From the NCBI RefSeq assembly GCF_058153355.1, contig NZ_CM177019.1: DNA of 64,000 nucleotides; one strand, 5' to 3'. Made by a program: the position numbers and the translations under genes. Below the pieces are notes generated by a model, which was not told the DNA's origin, did not search any database, and worked only from the letters and a program-made list of their open reading frames with translations. Below, in pieces: positions 9,141 to 18,180 of this stretch; the first letter of the stretch is position 1, and each line of letters begins with the position of its first letter.

Positions 9141-9558
9141 TCTGGCTTTCAGGTGAGAACAGGTCAGGCTGATGACGTCGTGTATGCAGCTTTCTCTGGC
9201 GGGCAATAATCTGGTAGATCTGCGGCTGGGACAGGCGATACTGGCGACGCAGTTCTTCCATGTTACGACCATTGAACTGGCAGTAAAGCAAATCGTCGCG
9301 TAACGCGGTCAGGATCGTATCGCCGCAGGGGATGTAAAACTGCCGCCCGCCCAGAAAACAGGACAGGGCAACGGCCTGTTTACGGGCAAGCTCACGGGGA
9401 TTGCTGACGTTCTGGCGTTTCAGTTCGTTTTCCAGAACATCAATCAGATCAACCACCGAACGGGGCCAGCGTGATTCCAGTTCCGGGGCCGGGATGTTAT
9501 CAATATGTCCGATTAACTGGCGAATTGCCGGATCGTGTTCAAATAAATCATGCTGCAT
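9136..9558 (-). CDS. C: Mu late transcription activator C (gp21)
   Basis: The 140-aa ORF MQHDLFEHDPAIRQLIGHIDNIPAPELE... is a paralogue of Mor in the same window (shared ...GG.Q.YIP.G... and FNG.N..EL motifs). It matches my recall of Mu C. Confidence 0.92.
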   Translation of the reverse strand: MQHDLFEHDPAIRQLIGHIDNIPAPELESRWPRSVVDLIDVLENELKRQNVSNPRELARKQAVALSCFLGGRQFYIPCGDTILTALRDDLLYCQFNGRNMEELRRQYRLSQPQIYQIIARQRKLHTRRHQPDLFSPESQK

Positions 9559-9667
9559 ATTTTCCCCCGGTTAACAGACAGAAAGATACACCACGGCACT
9601 GATGGTTATCAGAACCACAAGGGCAATCACTTTTATCGCACTCATCAGCGTGGACGGACCGAAACAT
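9548..9667 (-). CDS. Tiny Cys-rich 39-aa ORF in the middle operon (gp20-like?)
   Basis: Manual translation gives MFRSVHADECDKSDCPCGSDNHQCRGVSFCLLTGGKYAA. The ATG is 3 nt after the preceding ORF stop, and its own stop overlaps the C start. No clear SD is present, and an alternative overlapping 24-aa hydrophobic ORF exists (9571..9645). Confidence 0.3.
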   Translation of the reverse strand: MFRSVHADECDKSDCPCGSDNHQCRGVSFCLLTGGKYAA

Positions 9668-9670
9668 TCA

Positions 9671-9901
9671 TCACTGAATTTTCTGTACACAATATTTTTC
9701 CTTATAACGTTGGCAGTGGTGAAGAATTTCCGGCATATCAACCGACTGCCAGCCTTTCATGTAATAACTTCCGTGGGTGCCATCATGACCGGTATAGTCG
9801 CGGGGCGAAGGCCGTGGCCCACCGGCGACACGGTGTAAAACCTCCTGACGCAGCCGCTCACGTCTGCCAAGATGAAAGGATGCATTCCAGCCTTTACCCA
9901 T
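9671..9901 (-). CDS. Mu middle-operon 76-aa protein of unknown function
   Basis: ORF-track entry preceded by GGGGGA. It lies between the mor terminator and C, as do the small ORFs of the Mu middle transcript. Confidence 0.55.
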   Translation of the reverse strand: MGKGWNASFHLGRRERLRQEVLHRVAGGPRPSPRDYTGHDGTHGSYYMKGWQSVDMPEILHHCQRYKEKYCVQKIQ

Positions 9902-9946
9902 GATGATTTCCCCCGGTACGGTTATTCATCACAGGATATTGAGGAC

Positions 9947-9973
9947 GTAAAAAAAGCCGGATTAACCGGCTTT
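9947..9973 (-). terminator. Rho-independent terminator just downstream of mor (likely end of the Mu early transcript)
   Basis: The minus strand reads AAGCCGG-ttaat-CCGGCTT followed by a T7 run, starting 6 nt after the mor stop. Confidence 0.7.
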
Positions 9974-9978
9974 ACTGT

Positions 9979-10368
9979 TTACAGTAGTGAGGGCTGGTAC
10001 TGGCGGTATTTCAGCCGTCGCATCCGGCGAATGGCCTTGTAAACCGTATTGAAAGTGACACCATAACGGGTGGTCAGTTCGCTGACGTTGCGACCGTTAA
10101 AATCATTCCAGATACGCAAATCCCGAATCAGCGAGTCCAGAACCTGACCGCGTGGAATGTAGACCTGACCGCCGCCCAGATGCTTACAGATAGCCACAAC
10201 AATCTCCAGTGAATGGGCAGGATCAACACCCAGCCGGGACAATTCCCCGCGCAGTAAATCGTTCAGCTCCGCCAGCAGTGCCGGAAAGCGTGACGTATCC
10301 TCGGCGGGATTGTCAAGATGTGCCAGGATGGTGTCATCCTGCAAATCACCAAATAAATCTTCCGTCAT
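9979..10368 (-). CDS. mor: Mu middle operon regulator Mor (gp17)
   Basis: 129-aa ORF MTEDLFGDLQDDTILAHLDNPAEDTSRFPALLAELNDLL... matching my recall of Mor. Confidence 0.92.
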   Translation of the reverse strand: MTEDLFGDLQDDTILAHLDNPAEDTSRFPALLAELNDLLRGELSRLGVDPAHSLEIVVAICKHLGGGQVYIPRGQVLDSLIRDLRIWNDFNGRNVSELTTRYGVTFNTVYKAIRRMRRLKYRQYQPSLL

Positions 10369-10916
10369 TGTGCCATCCTCCGTGTCTTTCTGGCATGGGC
10401 ATAAGCCGCCGTCATGGCATCATAGCCGCGCAGTTCACGCCCGGACGGACTGACCGGCAACGGAAGCTCGTGACGGGAAAAGGCTTCACGAATACAGCGG
10501 ATGTGCCACTGCTTGAGTGTTTCGAGGACTGTCAGCAGCGTGTCGCCATGACACCACGCCAGTGTGGAAACGCCCTGTCCGCCGTTGCGTTTCGCGGTCA
10601 GGCGCTGAACATATTTATCCAGCGCCACATCACCGCCATCGGTAATAAAACCGTCTTCTGCCATCTGCTGCCAGACTTTGTATACCTTCTCGCGGGGCGT
10701 GACATGCCCCTTAAAGCGGCGACGTGGATGTTTATTCTGCTTCTTAAAGCCGCGTTCTTTCATGGCATCAATCACCTGTTCCAGTTGCGTAACCGTCAGC
10801 TCGCGGCAACTGATTTTGCCCGTTTTCTGCATCAGAAAGGCGCGGTAAGTATCGTCGCCGAGTTGTAGCTCCCGACGGGCGACATGGATTAATTTAATCA
10901 GGGATGTGCGATTCAT
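10365..10916 (-). CDS. gemA: Mu GemA (gp16)
   Basis: 183-aa ORF MNRTSLIKLIHVARRELQLGDDTYRAFLMQKTGKISCREL... with GGAGG upstream. Its stop overlaps the mor start. Confidence 0.9.
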   Translation of the reverse strand: MNRTSLIKLIHVARRELQLGDDTYRAFLMQKTGKISCRELTVTQLEQVIDAMKERGFKKQNKHPRRRFKGHVTPREKVYKVWQQMAEDGFITDGGDVALDKYVQRLTAKRNGGQGVSTLAWCHGDTLLTVLETLKQWHIRCIREAFSRHELPLPVSPSGRELRGYDAMTAAYAHARKTRRMAQ

Positions 10917-10985
10917 GATCGTACCTCCGGAAAGAGGCGGTGCTGCAACACCGCCTGAATTTACACATCAATCAGAGAGGATTTT

Positions 10986-11252
10986 ATGGAAAATAATGTA
11001 CAACCTTATGATGTTGCAGGTTATGCGATTGCATCAGCACTGGTGCGCCTTCTGGTGAAGAAGGCGATCATCACCGCAGAAGAGGGCCAAGCCATTTTCA
11101 GCTCTTCAGCAGAGATTTTAAAAGATGCGCCTGCAATAAGAACAAGCCGCCGCGAAAACATGCAACTGTCAAAGATCATGGAAGACATTATCAGTTCGTT
11201 AGACCCAGATGCTGACGGATCTCAAAAGCCTCAAACACATGAGCGTCAGTAA
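10986..11252 (+). CDS. Hypothetical 88-aa protein encoded antisense to the Mu early operon
   Basis: ORF-track entry with the SD GAGAGG 5 nt before the ATG and a plausible helical, balanced amino-acid composition. It fills a 275-bp gap that has no minus-strand ORF of 60 aa or more, and it overlaps the gp15 3' end convergently. A competing 57-aa minus-strand ORF (11015..11188) exists. Confidence 0.4.
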   Translation: MENNVQPYDVAGYAIASALVRLLVKKAIITAEEGQAIFSSSAEILKDAPAIRTSRRENMQLSKIMEDIISSLDPDADGSQKPQTHERQ

Positions 11253-11493
11253 CAATATCCTGGTCTGATAACCCCAGCCTGCGGCGGATGTACTCCTCGC
11301 GGGCTGTTTCATTTTGCAGTGCCACTACTGTTTCCAGACGATTCATTTCGCGGTTGATAATGTCACGGACTTCTCTGGCGGTGAGATTATGCTTAATACC
11401 ATATTCAACGATAGCGCGAACACGTTCCAGCATCCCTTTTTCAGCCATGACGTTATCAATATTAAGGGGAGTAAATTTATCTTCATTGTTCAT
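11191..11493 (-). CDS. Mu early protein gp15, unknown function
   Basis: 100-aa ORF whose start overlaps the gp14 stop, within the semi-essential early region. Confidence 0.7.
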   Translation of the reverse strand: MNNEDKFTPLNIDNVMAEKGMLERVRAIVEYGIKHNLTAREVRDIINREMNRLETVVALQNETAREEYIRRRLGLSDQDIVTDAHVFEAFEIRQHLGLTN

Positions 11494-11798
11494 TTTGCGG
11501 CCCTCAGAATAAATTCAGGATAAAATTTCAGACTCATTTGCCGTAACACATCCAGTGCAGCAACGGCTGCTGATTTATCGTTGCCATCAGCAATAGCGCG
11601 GAGATTTTCAATAATCCAGTGAGGACTCAGTGACTCAGCAACAATACCGAGTCGGTACGCCATGACCTCATCAATTGCACGGTTATAAGACGGGGCGTAT
11701 ACCGCCGCCACAAAGTTACCGATCACATCTTCAGGAAAACCCGCCGCCGTCAACAACGCTGTCAGTTCCTCGGATTTTGTAAATACGCCATTATTCAT
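11490..11798 (-). CDS. Mu early protein gp14, unknown function
   Basis: The track ORF starts at a GTG (11813). I prefer the ATG at 11798 (MNNGVFTKSEEL...), which has AAGGTG 7 nt upstream. Confidence 0.65.
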   Translation of the reverse strand: MNNGVFTKSEELTALLTAAGFPEDVIGNFVAAVYAPSYNRAIDEVMAYRLGIVAESLSPHWIIENLRAIADGNDKSAAVAALDVLRQMSLKFYPEFILRAAK

Positions 11799-11982
11799 TC
11801 TGTTCACCTTCACAATTCATGCACGCCGTGTCATCGCCCATATCGCAGTGGTTGCATTTCTGCCCGCCACAATGGGGACACTCTTTCAGATATTCAGGGG
11901 ATTCATTACCGCAGGTCGGGCATTCCTGTTTCACCGTGGTGAATTTCCCCAGCCACGAATACGATGTTTCATTGTTTTCCAT
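11791..11982 (-). CDS. Mu early protein gp13, small zinc-ribbon protein
   Basis: Start chosen at the ATG at 11982 (GGAGG 6 nt upstream): MENNETSYSWLGKFTTVKQECPTCGNESPEYLKECPHCGGQKCNHCDMGDDTACMNCEGEQNE. It has four CxxC-type pairs. Confidence 0.65.
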   Translation of the reverse strand: MENNETSYSWLGKFTTVKQECPTCGNESPEYLKECPHCGGQKCNHCDMGDDTACMNCEGEQNE

Positions 11983-12520
11983 TGTTTGCCTCCGCCTGCT
12001 CCAGTGCCATAACTGGTGCGTCAGAACAGTCAAGAATGAGATAGCGCAGTACATGGTCGGTGATATTCCATGCGCTTGAGCTGCAAATAAAACGCCCCAG
12101 CCGGATATCGATATAAGCCATCACAAAACGGGGCATTCCCTGTTTGCACATCTCGTCATCCACTTCTGCAACGATGTGAACGGATTCACAGGTCAGTACG
12201 CCTGTCGCAAACTCTTTTGCCAGCGCGGGGATAGTATTACCTTCCACCCAGGGTAATGAGCGACGCCAGTTGCACCACACCGCATCATCAACGGCAGGCT
12301 GCTCAGTTGCGTTTCGTCTTACAGGCGGCGTCGGACGCGGGCGCGGAACGTCATAAAATCCGTTGCATTCGGTGAGCACTCCGGCATCAACCGCATCCCG
12401 CAGGAAATACACCATTGACGAGGGCAGCATCTTCATTTTTTCAGCCAGAACCCCGCAGGTCAGACGCCCGTAAGCCAGTAATAATGTGCTGACCCCATTC
12501 AGAACTTTTGCATCAATCAC
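11969..12520 (-). CDS. Mu early protein gp12, unknown function
   Basis: 183-aa ORF packed between gp11 and gp13. Confidence 0.7.
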   Translation of the reverse strand: MIDAKVLNGVSTLLLAYGRLTCGVLAEKMKMLPSSMVYFLRDAVDAGVLTECNGFYDVPRPRPTPPVRRNATEQPAVDDAVWCNWRRSLPWVEGNTIPALAKEFATGVLTCESVHIVAEVDDEMCKQGMPRFVMAYIDIRLGRFICSSSAWNITDHVLRYLILDCSDAPVMALEQAEANNGKQ

Positions 12521-12523
12521 CGG

Positions 12524-13078
12524 TTATTCCTCCGTCAGTGCCACAAATTCAGAATGTTTAATACGCTGGCATTCGGAGGGAACTGGTCCTTTAACCTCAC
12601 CGTCCAGAAGGCGCACCTCAAACAAAATGCCGAATCCATCACGGGTGTGGTGCATCTCCCAGAGCGATTTGAAATCCCACATATTGGGTATGACATCAAC
12701 CCCAAGTTCATTGCACAGCCAGCCCGGAAAATCCGGGTATTTACCGAGCTGATTTTCATAGCCCCGGATAAGCTCCGCGTGTTCCCGGCCTGCTGGTGTT
12801 GTCATATCCGGCATCGCTGCCCATAACTGAATATCACCAATAAAAAGTGTCCTTGATTTAATCTCCCATCCTTCCGGTGGTAAACGGTTAAACCAGACAC
12901 GCGTAACCCTCTCAGGCCCTTTGTCACCAGACAAAAACACACCGCTTGCTTTCACTGATTGCTGTAATGACGCAATAATCTCACCACGCTTAACAGAAAC
13001 CTCTTTCAGCCAGCGAATCGTATAACCGTTAGCGGCTGCGTCACTCAGTTTAAAATAAGCACATGCTTTCATTTTCAT
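12524..13078 (-). CDS. Mu early protein gp11, unknown function
   Basis: 184-aa ORF downstream of gam. Confidence 0.7.
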   Translation of the reverse strand: MKMKACAYFKLSDAAANGYTIRWLKEVSVKRGEIIASLQQSVKASGVFLSGDKGPERVTRVWFNRLPPEGWEIKSRTLFIGDIQLWAAMPDMTTPAGREHAELIRGYENQLGKYPDFPGWLCNELGVDVIPNMWDFKSLWEMHHTRDGFGILFEVRLLDGEVKGPVPSECQRIKHSEFVALTEE

Positions 13079-13169
13079 TCTCTCCGGTTCTGATTAAGGC
13101 GCGAGTCGTCCCCTGACGCATCGCGCCATAATTAAACGAATGTGAATTAATTAAATATTAATGGTGGTA

Positions 13170-13694
13170 TTAAATACCGGCTTCCTGTTCAAACGGAATA
13201 ATGGAAAAATCTTCAATTCCCGATTTAACTGTAATTCCGGCAACACCTGCGACCGCTTTCGGTTCCAGTAAAATCGCTTCCTTGTTGATTTCCTGCTTCG
13301 TGCGAATAAAGCGTTGCAGGCCAAGACGCTCCAGCGTTTCCATCACTGCATCCATACCACGAATACTTACTGATGGTGGACGGACCCGCCACGATACATC
13401 ACCGGTGACAAGATTTGCCGTTTTCACTTTGCCGCCGTTTGTCAGTTCGTCGCGGTTCGCTTCACACCATCCCTGAACGCCTTTTGAAAGGGTTTCAATA
13501 TCGGTTTTAATCGGTGCAATCCGGGCTGCAAATTTCTCCGTAATTTCCGCGATGGCATCATTCATTTCCGTTTCCAGACGTGATGCTTCGCGCTGTAAGT
13601 CCCCGATGCGTTTAATATCGGTAATCACCGCATCGCGGTTTTGTGGCACATAAGCCGCTGCGGCACTTTTGATACGTTTTGCTGGTTTAGCCAT
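13170..13694 (-). CDS. gam: Mu Gam, DNA-end-binding (Ku-like) nuclease inhibitor
   Basis: 174-aa ORF MAKPAKRIKSAAAAYVPQNRDAVITDIKRIGDLQREASRLETEMNDAIAEI... matching my recall of Mu Gam. Confidence 0.93.
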   Translation of the reverse strand: MAKPAKRIKSAAAAYVPQNRDAVITDIKRIGDLQREASRLETEMNDAIAEITEKFAARIAPIKTDIETLSKGVQGWCEANRDELTNGGKVKTANLVTGDVSWRVRPPSVSIRGMDAVMETLERLGLQRFIRTKQEINKEAILLEPKAVAGVAGITVKSGIEDFSIIPFEQEAGI

Positions 13695-13713
13695 AAATTA
13701 AAGCTCCTGTTAA

Positions 13714-14013
13714 TTAATATCCGCTGTATACAATGCTGGATACAGCTCGATTGCTTAATTCCATCTTTCGGGCAATGACATGAATATCCAGCCCTTCTTT
13801 ATAAAGTTCACGACATAAATATTTGTCGTGTTCACTGATTCGGTATACACACAATGATATTCCGTGCCTTCTGGCATGTGCCCGGAGGGCGGTTGTGGCG
13901 ACTTTCAGTTTTTCCGCCATTTCTTCAACGGTCATTTTCCCGACGTTGGCTTCGATAAATTCCCGGTCTTCGCGTGACCAGCGCTTACGATTACACTTCA
14001 TGTCAGCCACCAT
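13714..14013 (-). CDS. Mu early protein gp9, helix-turn-helix-like small protein
   Basis: 99-aa ORF whose ATG abuts the gp8 stop (TGAATG). It contains the HTH-like segment MTVEEMAEKLKVATTALRAHARRHGI. An alternative start lies at 14001. Confidence 0.65.
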   Translation of the reverse strand: MVADMKCNRKRWSREDREFIEANVGKMTVEEMAEKLKVATTALRAHARRHGISLCVYRISEHDKYLCRELYKEGLDIHVIARKMELSNRAVSSIVYSGY

Positions 14014-14433
14014 TCAGTACAGCAGAGGCTCGCGCAGTGATGCCGGAATATGCCGCAGCGATAACTGAACCGCTTTCAGGGCAAGCGAGGAATAACAGCA
14101 GCGCGCCCGGCCTTTTGCCATTAACCGGTAATCGCGCCAGATACGCTGCCACATTTCACGGGCTTCAGGGTCTGATGCGCAGATGTATTCCCGGTCCATG
14201 ACGTACTCCCATAAATCCACGTTGAACGCACCGCCAAATGCAATGGCGCGGGATATGCTTTCGCCGCAATAACGCGCACAGATGCTGTAATGGTCGAAAG
14301 CAATCAGGTAAGTCTTTTCACCACAATCATCAACTTTCCGGGCGTAAATAAATCCGCGTAATTCACCACCGTTGTTATTGCGTCCCTGAATTCGGATTAA
14401 TGCCTGAATTTCATTTCGGATTTTGACGTTCAT
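14014..14433 (-). CDS. Mu early protein gp8, unknown function
   Basis: 139-aa ORF in the early operon. Confidence 0.65.
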   Translation of the reverse strand: MNVKIRNEIQALIRIQGRNNNGGELRGFIYARKVDDCGEKTYLIAFDHYSICARYCGESISRAIAFGGAFNVDLWEYVMDREYICASDPEAREMWQRIWRDYRLMAKGRARCCYSSLALKAVQLSLRHIPASLREPLLY

Positions 14434-14453
14434 TGTCAGCGCTCCTTTGCGAA

Positions 14454-14723
14454 TTAATGTTTAACCGCATTCACCGGATGTGGTACTAAATCACATTCAG
14501 CCTCCATACCCACTTTCTTCATAGTGGTCAGCATCTCATCTTTGGCCTTTTTAATAATTTCAGGAGCCATAGTCAGGACGATATTTGCCAGTAAATCATG
14601 AGGCCCGGTATTTTCCGTTGGCGAGATATCTGCAAGACATGCTTTTGCATCCAGAACTTCTCTGCGCCCATTGCAACCTTCACAACTTTCCAGCCATGTA
14701 AACTCAAAGATAACTTTTGCCAT
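14454..14723 (-). CDS. Mu early protein gp7, unknown function
   Basis: 89-aa ORF in the early operon. Confidence 0.65.
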   Translation of the reverse strand: MAKVIFEFTWLESCEGCNGRREVLDAKACLADISPTENTGPHDLLANIVLTMAPEIIKKAKDEMLTTMKKVGMEAECDLVPHPVNAVKH

Positions 14724-14734
14724 TTTGTTTCCCC

Positions 14735-14989
14735 TTATTGATTCTGAATAACTGCGCTGGCTTTTACCTTCGCGCCTTTTACCTGCTTAAAGAAAACCGC
14801 GCTGCACCACGGACAACATGCAAAGGAGTCCCATACTTCATTTTCTGGTGAGCATTGCGTCATAATTTGCTCTTTGCACTTGGGGCAATTAAATGCAGTC
14901 AGAGCCACATTGTTATTCTGTACCCGTTTAACCCATTCAATATATTTTCCAGCTTTAGTACACATCGTTATCTCCAGATAATCTGGCAA
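14735..14989 (-). CDS. Mu early protein gp6, Cys-pair zinc-ribbon-like
   Basis: 84-aa ORF with CPKC and CCPWC motifs. Confidence 0.65.
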
Positions 14990-15195
14990 CCATTAAGACG
15001 GGCCGTCCATACAGAACGGGCCACCCCGGACTTATGCTCCATAATTCTGACCGCGTTTTTTACCAGTTCCACCGGTGGGTAAGTGATTTCAAGAATCGGA
15101 CGCGCCACGCCGAGATATGATTCATTTACATGACTCCCGCGCGCCTGTAACCAGTTCTGCGCATCCGTTGCCATTTTTATATTTCGGGCCATCAT
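14968..15195 (-). CDS. kil: Mu Kil (gp5), host-killing / cell-division-affecting protein
   Basis: 75-aa ORF that is the first gene after B, which is the position of kil in Mu (recall). Confidence 0.7.
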
Positions 15196-15210
15196 AATTT
15201 CTTCTCCTTC

Positions 15211-16149
15211 TTAATTACGCAGCAGCGTTAAAATATCAACGTCCAGGTCTAATTCACGGAAAGCCTGACGCAGATAATCTTCGTTAACACGCTCACCTTT
15301 ACCATGAGCCGTCATGGCGGCAAGGCGAAGCGAATGATTCAGAATGCGAAGCGCACCGGGTTTCTGTGCAATTTGCTGTAACAACTCCAGTTCTTTTTCG
15401 CCGTTAATATGCCAGGCATCCGCAATAGCTTTTACATCGGCTTTTTTGGTTTTATTAATTGCAGTGGGCTTTGCAATACGGGAAAACAGACGGGCAAATT
15501 CAACCGTTCTGTTGCCCCCCGTCATATTTGAATAAACGCGGTGATTGCCCATCAGCACAAGGCCAGTGCGGGTTGATTCCTGTAACAGGCGGAGTTCTTC
15601 CAGAGCTTCAGCACCAAGATGATCAGCTTCGTCGATGATAACCAGCCCCTGTGTACCTTCAAGGCGGCGTCGCAGGGCGCGGGAGAGCGGCCCTTTACGG
15701 CGTGGTGCGTCATTCATTCCCAGCTCAAACGCCAGTTCAGTAAGACATTCCAGAACGCTGGCACAGGATGGCGTAATGGTGATCATCCAGACATTGTTAT
15801 TGGTGCGGCGATATTCACGGGCCGCTTCGGTTTTGCCCACACCAGGATTGCCACATACAACAGCAATACTTTCAGTCAGGCTGGCAAAACGCATACTTGT
15901 CCAGATTTGTTTTACCGTCTGCGTTTCCACAAAGCGGGGCGGTTCCGGTAGTTCTGCGACTGCATGATATTTTTCCAACCAGCGTTGCAGTATTTGTGCA
16001 ACACGTTCGTTATCCCCGTTGTACTTATCATTGATAAAACTACTGATAGTCCCGGTAGAAAGTCCGCTCTCAAGGGCAATTTGTTTAAAGGTGGTTTCTT
16101 CATTTTCTACAAGGGTGCGCAGTCCTGCGCGAATATCTGAAATATTCAT
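15211..16149 (-). CDS. B: MuB, AAA+ ATP-dependent target DNA activator
   Basis: 312-aa ORF MNISDIRAGLRTLVENEETTFKQIALESGLSTGTISSFINDKYNGDNERV... with Walker A GNPGVGKT and Walker B VIIDEADHL. It matches my recall of MuB. Confidence 0.95.
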   Translation of the reverse strand: MNISDIRAGLRTLVENEETTFKQIALESGLSTGTISSFINDKYNGDNERVAQILQRWLEKYHAVAELPEPPRFVETQTVKQIWTSMRFASLTESIAVVCGNPGVGKTEAAREYRRTNNNVWMITITPSCASVLECLTELAFELGMNDAPRRKGPLSRALRRRLEGTQGLVIIDEADHLGAEALEELRLLQESTRTGLVLMGNHRVYSNMTGGNRTVEFARLFSRIAKPTAINKTKKADVKAIADAWHINGEKELELLQQIAQKPGALRILNHSLRLAAMTAHGKGERVNEDYLRQAFRELDLDVDILTLLRN

Positions 16150-16187
16150 CTGAATAACCTCGTAATTAAATTTTGTTAAAACGTTAA

Positions 16188-18179
16188 TTAAATGACTTTT
16201 TTACGTCTGTTCTGTTCCAGAATATCCAGCGAATGATTCAGATATTCATCACGCTCAGTTTCGTATTCATCATCACGCTCCTGATTCTTCACCCGTTCCG
16301 TATTACCGGAAGGCCGGAAAATGCTTACAATTCGTGATTCTGGTGCTTCAGGTTCGGCTATCTGCGGCAGCAGCTCTGCCACTTCCAGTGCATCCATTTG
16401 TTTCTGTGCCTTAATCGCTGCTTTCGTCGCAGATTTCAGTTGTTTCTGGCGGCGGCGATATTCACGGCCTGCCGCAGCATCATTAAACGCAACAGGTGCC
16501 AGACATTCCGCTTCACAGATAAACCGACCGTCCAGGGTGTAGCAATAAACCGTGCTGTGTAACTGCTGTGGATCAAATCTGACCACAACTTTTTTCACTC
16601 CGGCATTCATTAACGCCATGTTGTAATAAACGTTTTTCGCGCCTTTAAGGGAGCCGCCAACTTTAAGCGCGAACTCGCCTTTACGTGAAACGTTCACCGC
16701 CTCGGCAGGCAGTAACAGCATCCGTTTTTGCTCTTCGGTAGGCTTACGCACAATCGTTCTGGCGTATTCACGCTCAAAAACGTCATCAAACGAAAGTTTG
16801 CCCCCGCACATTTCTGTTTCTCGGCCTGTTCTGGCATTGAACATCGCCACACCTTCGGCAAGGGTTTTCAGAAACAGCTCTGCATCAACAGCGCGGTCGC
16901 CATAGTTATCAGGTTTTGCCTGCGGATTAGGCCCCGTATATGCGCCAGCCAGTGCCGGATGTTTATCAACGTATTCCTCAAGGCCACCAACACCGAAAGC
17001 ACGTTCTACAGGTTTTGCCTGGCCCCAGCCTTTACCGGCAACAACGCTTGTCCAGTGCATGGTCGCCCCCATCAGTAAAAACAGCCCCTTTGGATCGTCC
17101 TCTTTCACCTTAAAGCGGTAGCGATTGGGCGCGCCCCCCGTCAGCCATTTATTCGCAGCACCACGGGTGTTATCAATGGTGATGTGAAAATCCTCCGGGA
17201 TGCCGTAGCGTGTCACTACATCCATGAACGAGAGGCGAATTGAATCGATGTTCTCGCTAACATCGCAGCGCCAGCCCAGAATTTTTCGGGTTTTCACATC
17301 CTGCCAGAACCATGTTTTCGGGCGGATCACATCACCGTTAAACCAGCGTACAAAGACGTTATGCAGATAACCGTCGCCGTTGATCCACTGCATGGCGTCC
17401 AGGTGTTCCACAGTTCGTTGCTGTGCCGGTATCAGATGCATCAGTGCATGTTCACCTTCACGGCAGGCAACAACCATTGCCCCGTCCAGTTGCTGAATCC
17501 GGCGAAATGCCGTGGCTCGGGAGGGAATACTCCAGCCATGCTCGCGGGCTGCCAGTTCCAGACGCTCATAACATTTGCGGAAGGCGGGTTTTTCCGGTCG
17601 CAGATAATCTGCAATCAGAAACTGCCAGGCATCCTCGTCAAATTCACTTTTGTGAACATTGCGACGGGATGCTCCACGTCCATCAACAAGTGCAGCCGCC
17701 CAGTCAGGCTTCGCAAACTTCTGTACCTGGTAATACTTGTCCCGCAAAGTGGATGCGCTGACCTGGTAATGCCCTGCAACGGTCGCAAAAGCCGTTTTCG
17801 TTGAAATCCCCTGGTTCAGCATTTCGTCTGCAGCCTGAACCGCAGGCAACCATTTTTCAGCAAGTCTGCGCTGGGAATCGCTGGCGTTATCCCATTTGCT
17901 CCACAGTGCCTCACGATCATAATCATGGGCTTCCAGCGTGGGGCGGGCGATTTCAAAATACCCCTGACTTGTTTCAATCTCTCCTTGTCTCAGCAATAAC
18001 GCCGCTTTCGCTTCAACAGGTAAAGAGTTCGCATTGTATTCAATTGCTTTACCACCTTTGACACCTGCTCTAGTGCGGTTTTGCCATCCTTGCTTTTTAG
18101 CAACATAAATCACACCAGCCGATGTTTTCGGCAAACCAGGAAGATTCGCACACTCTTTCGGTGATACCCAAAGTTCCAT
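16188..18179 (-). CDS. A: MuA DDE transposase
   Basis: The track ORF (666 aa) is trimmed to [48 protein letters not shown]... (663 aa, the MuA length I recall). Confidence 0.95.
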   Translation of the reverse strand: MELWVSPKECANLPGLPKTSAGVIYVAKKQGWQNRTRAGVKGGKAIEYNANSLPVEAKAALLLRQGEIETSQGYFEIARPTLEAHDYDREALWSKWDNASDSQRRLAEKWLPAVQAADEMLNQGISTKTAFATVAGHYQVSASTLRDKYYQVQKFAKPDWAAALVDGRGASRRNVHKSEFDEDAWQFLIADYLRPEKPAFRKCYERLELAAREHGWSIPSRATAFRRIQQLDGAMVVACREGEHALMHLIPAQQRTVEHLDAMQWINGDGYLHNVFVRWFNGDVIRPKTWFWQDVKTRKILGWRCDVSENIDSIRLSFMDVVTRYGIPEDFHITIDNTRGAANKWLTGGAPNRYRFKVKEDDPKGLFLLMGATMHWTSVVAGKGWGQAKPVERAFGVGGLEEYVDKHPALAGAYTGPNPQAKPDNYGDRAVDAELFLKTLAEGVAMFNARTGRETEMCGGKLSFDDVFEREYARTIVRKPTEEQKRMLLLPAEAVNVSRKGEFALKVGGSLKGAKNVYYNMALMNAGVKKVVVRFDPQQLHSTVYCYTLDGRFICEAECLAPVAFNDAAAGREYRRRQKQLKSATKAAIKAQKQMDALEVAELLPQIAEPEAPESRIVSIFRPSGNTERVKNQERDDEYETERDEYLNHSLDILEQNRRKKVI

Positions 18180-18180
18180 G

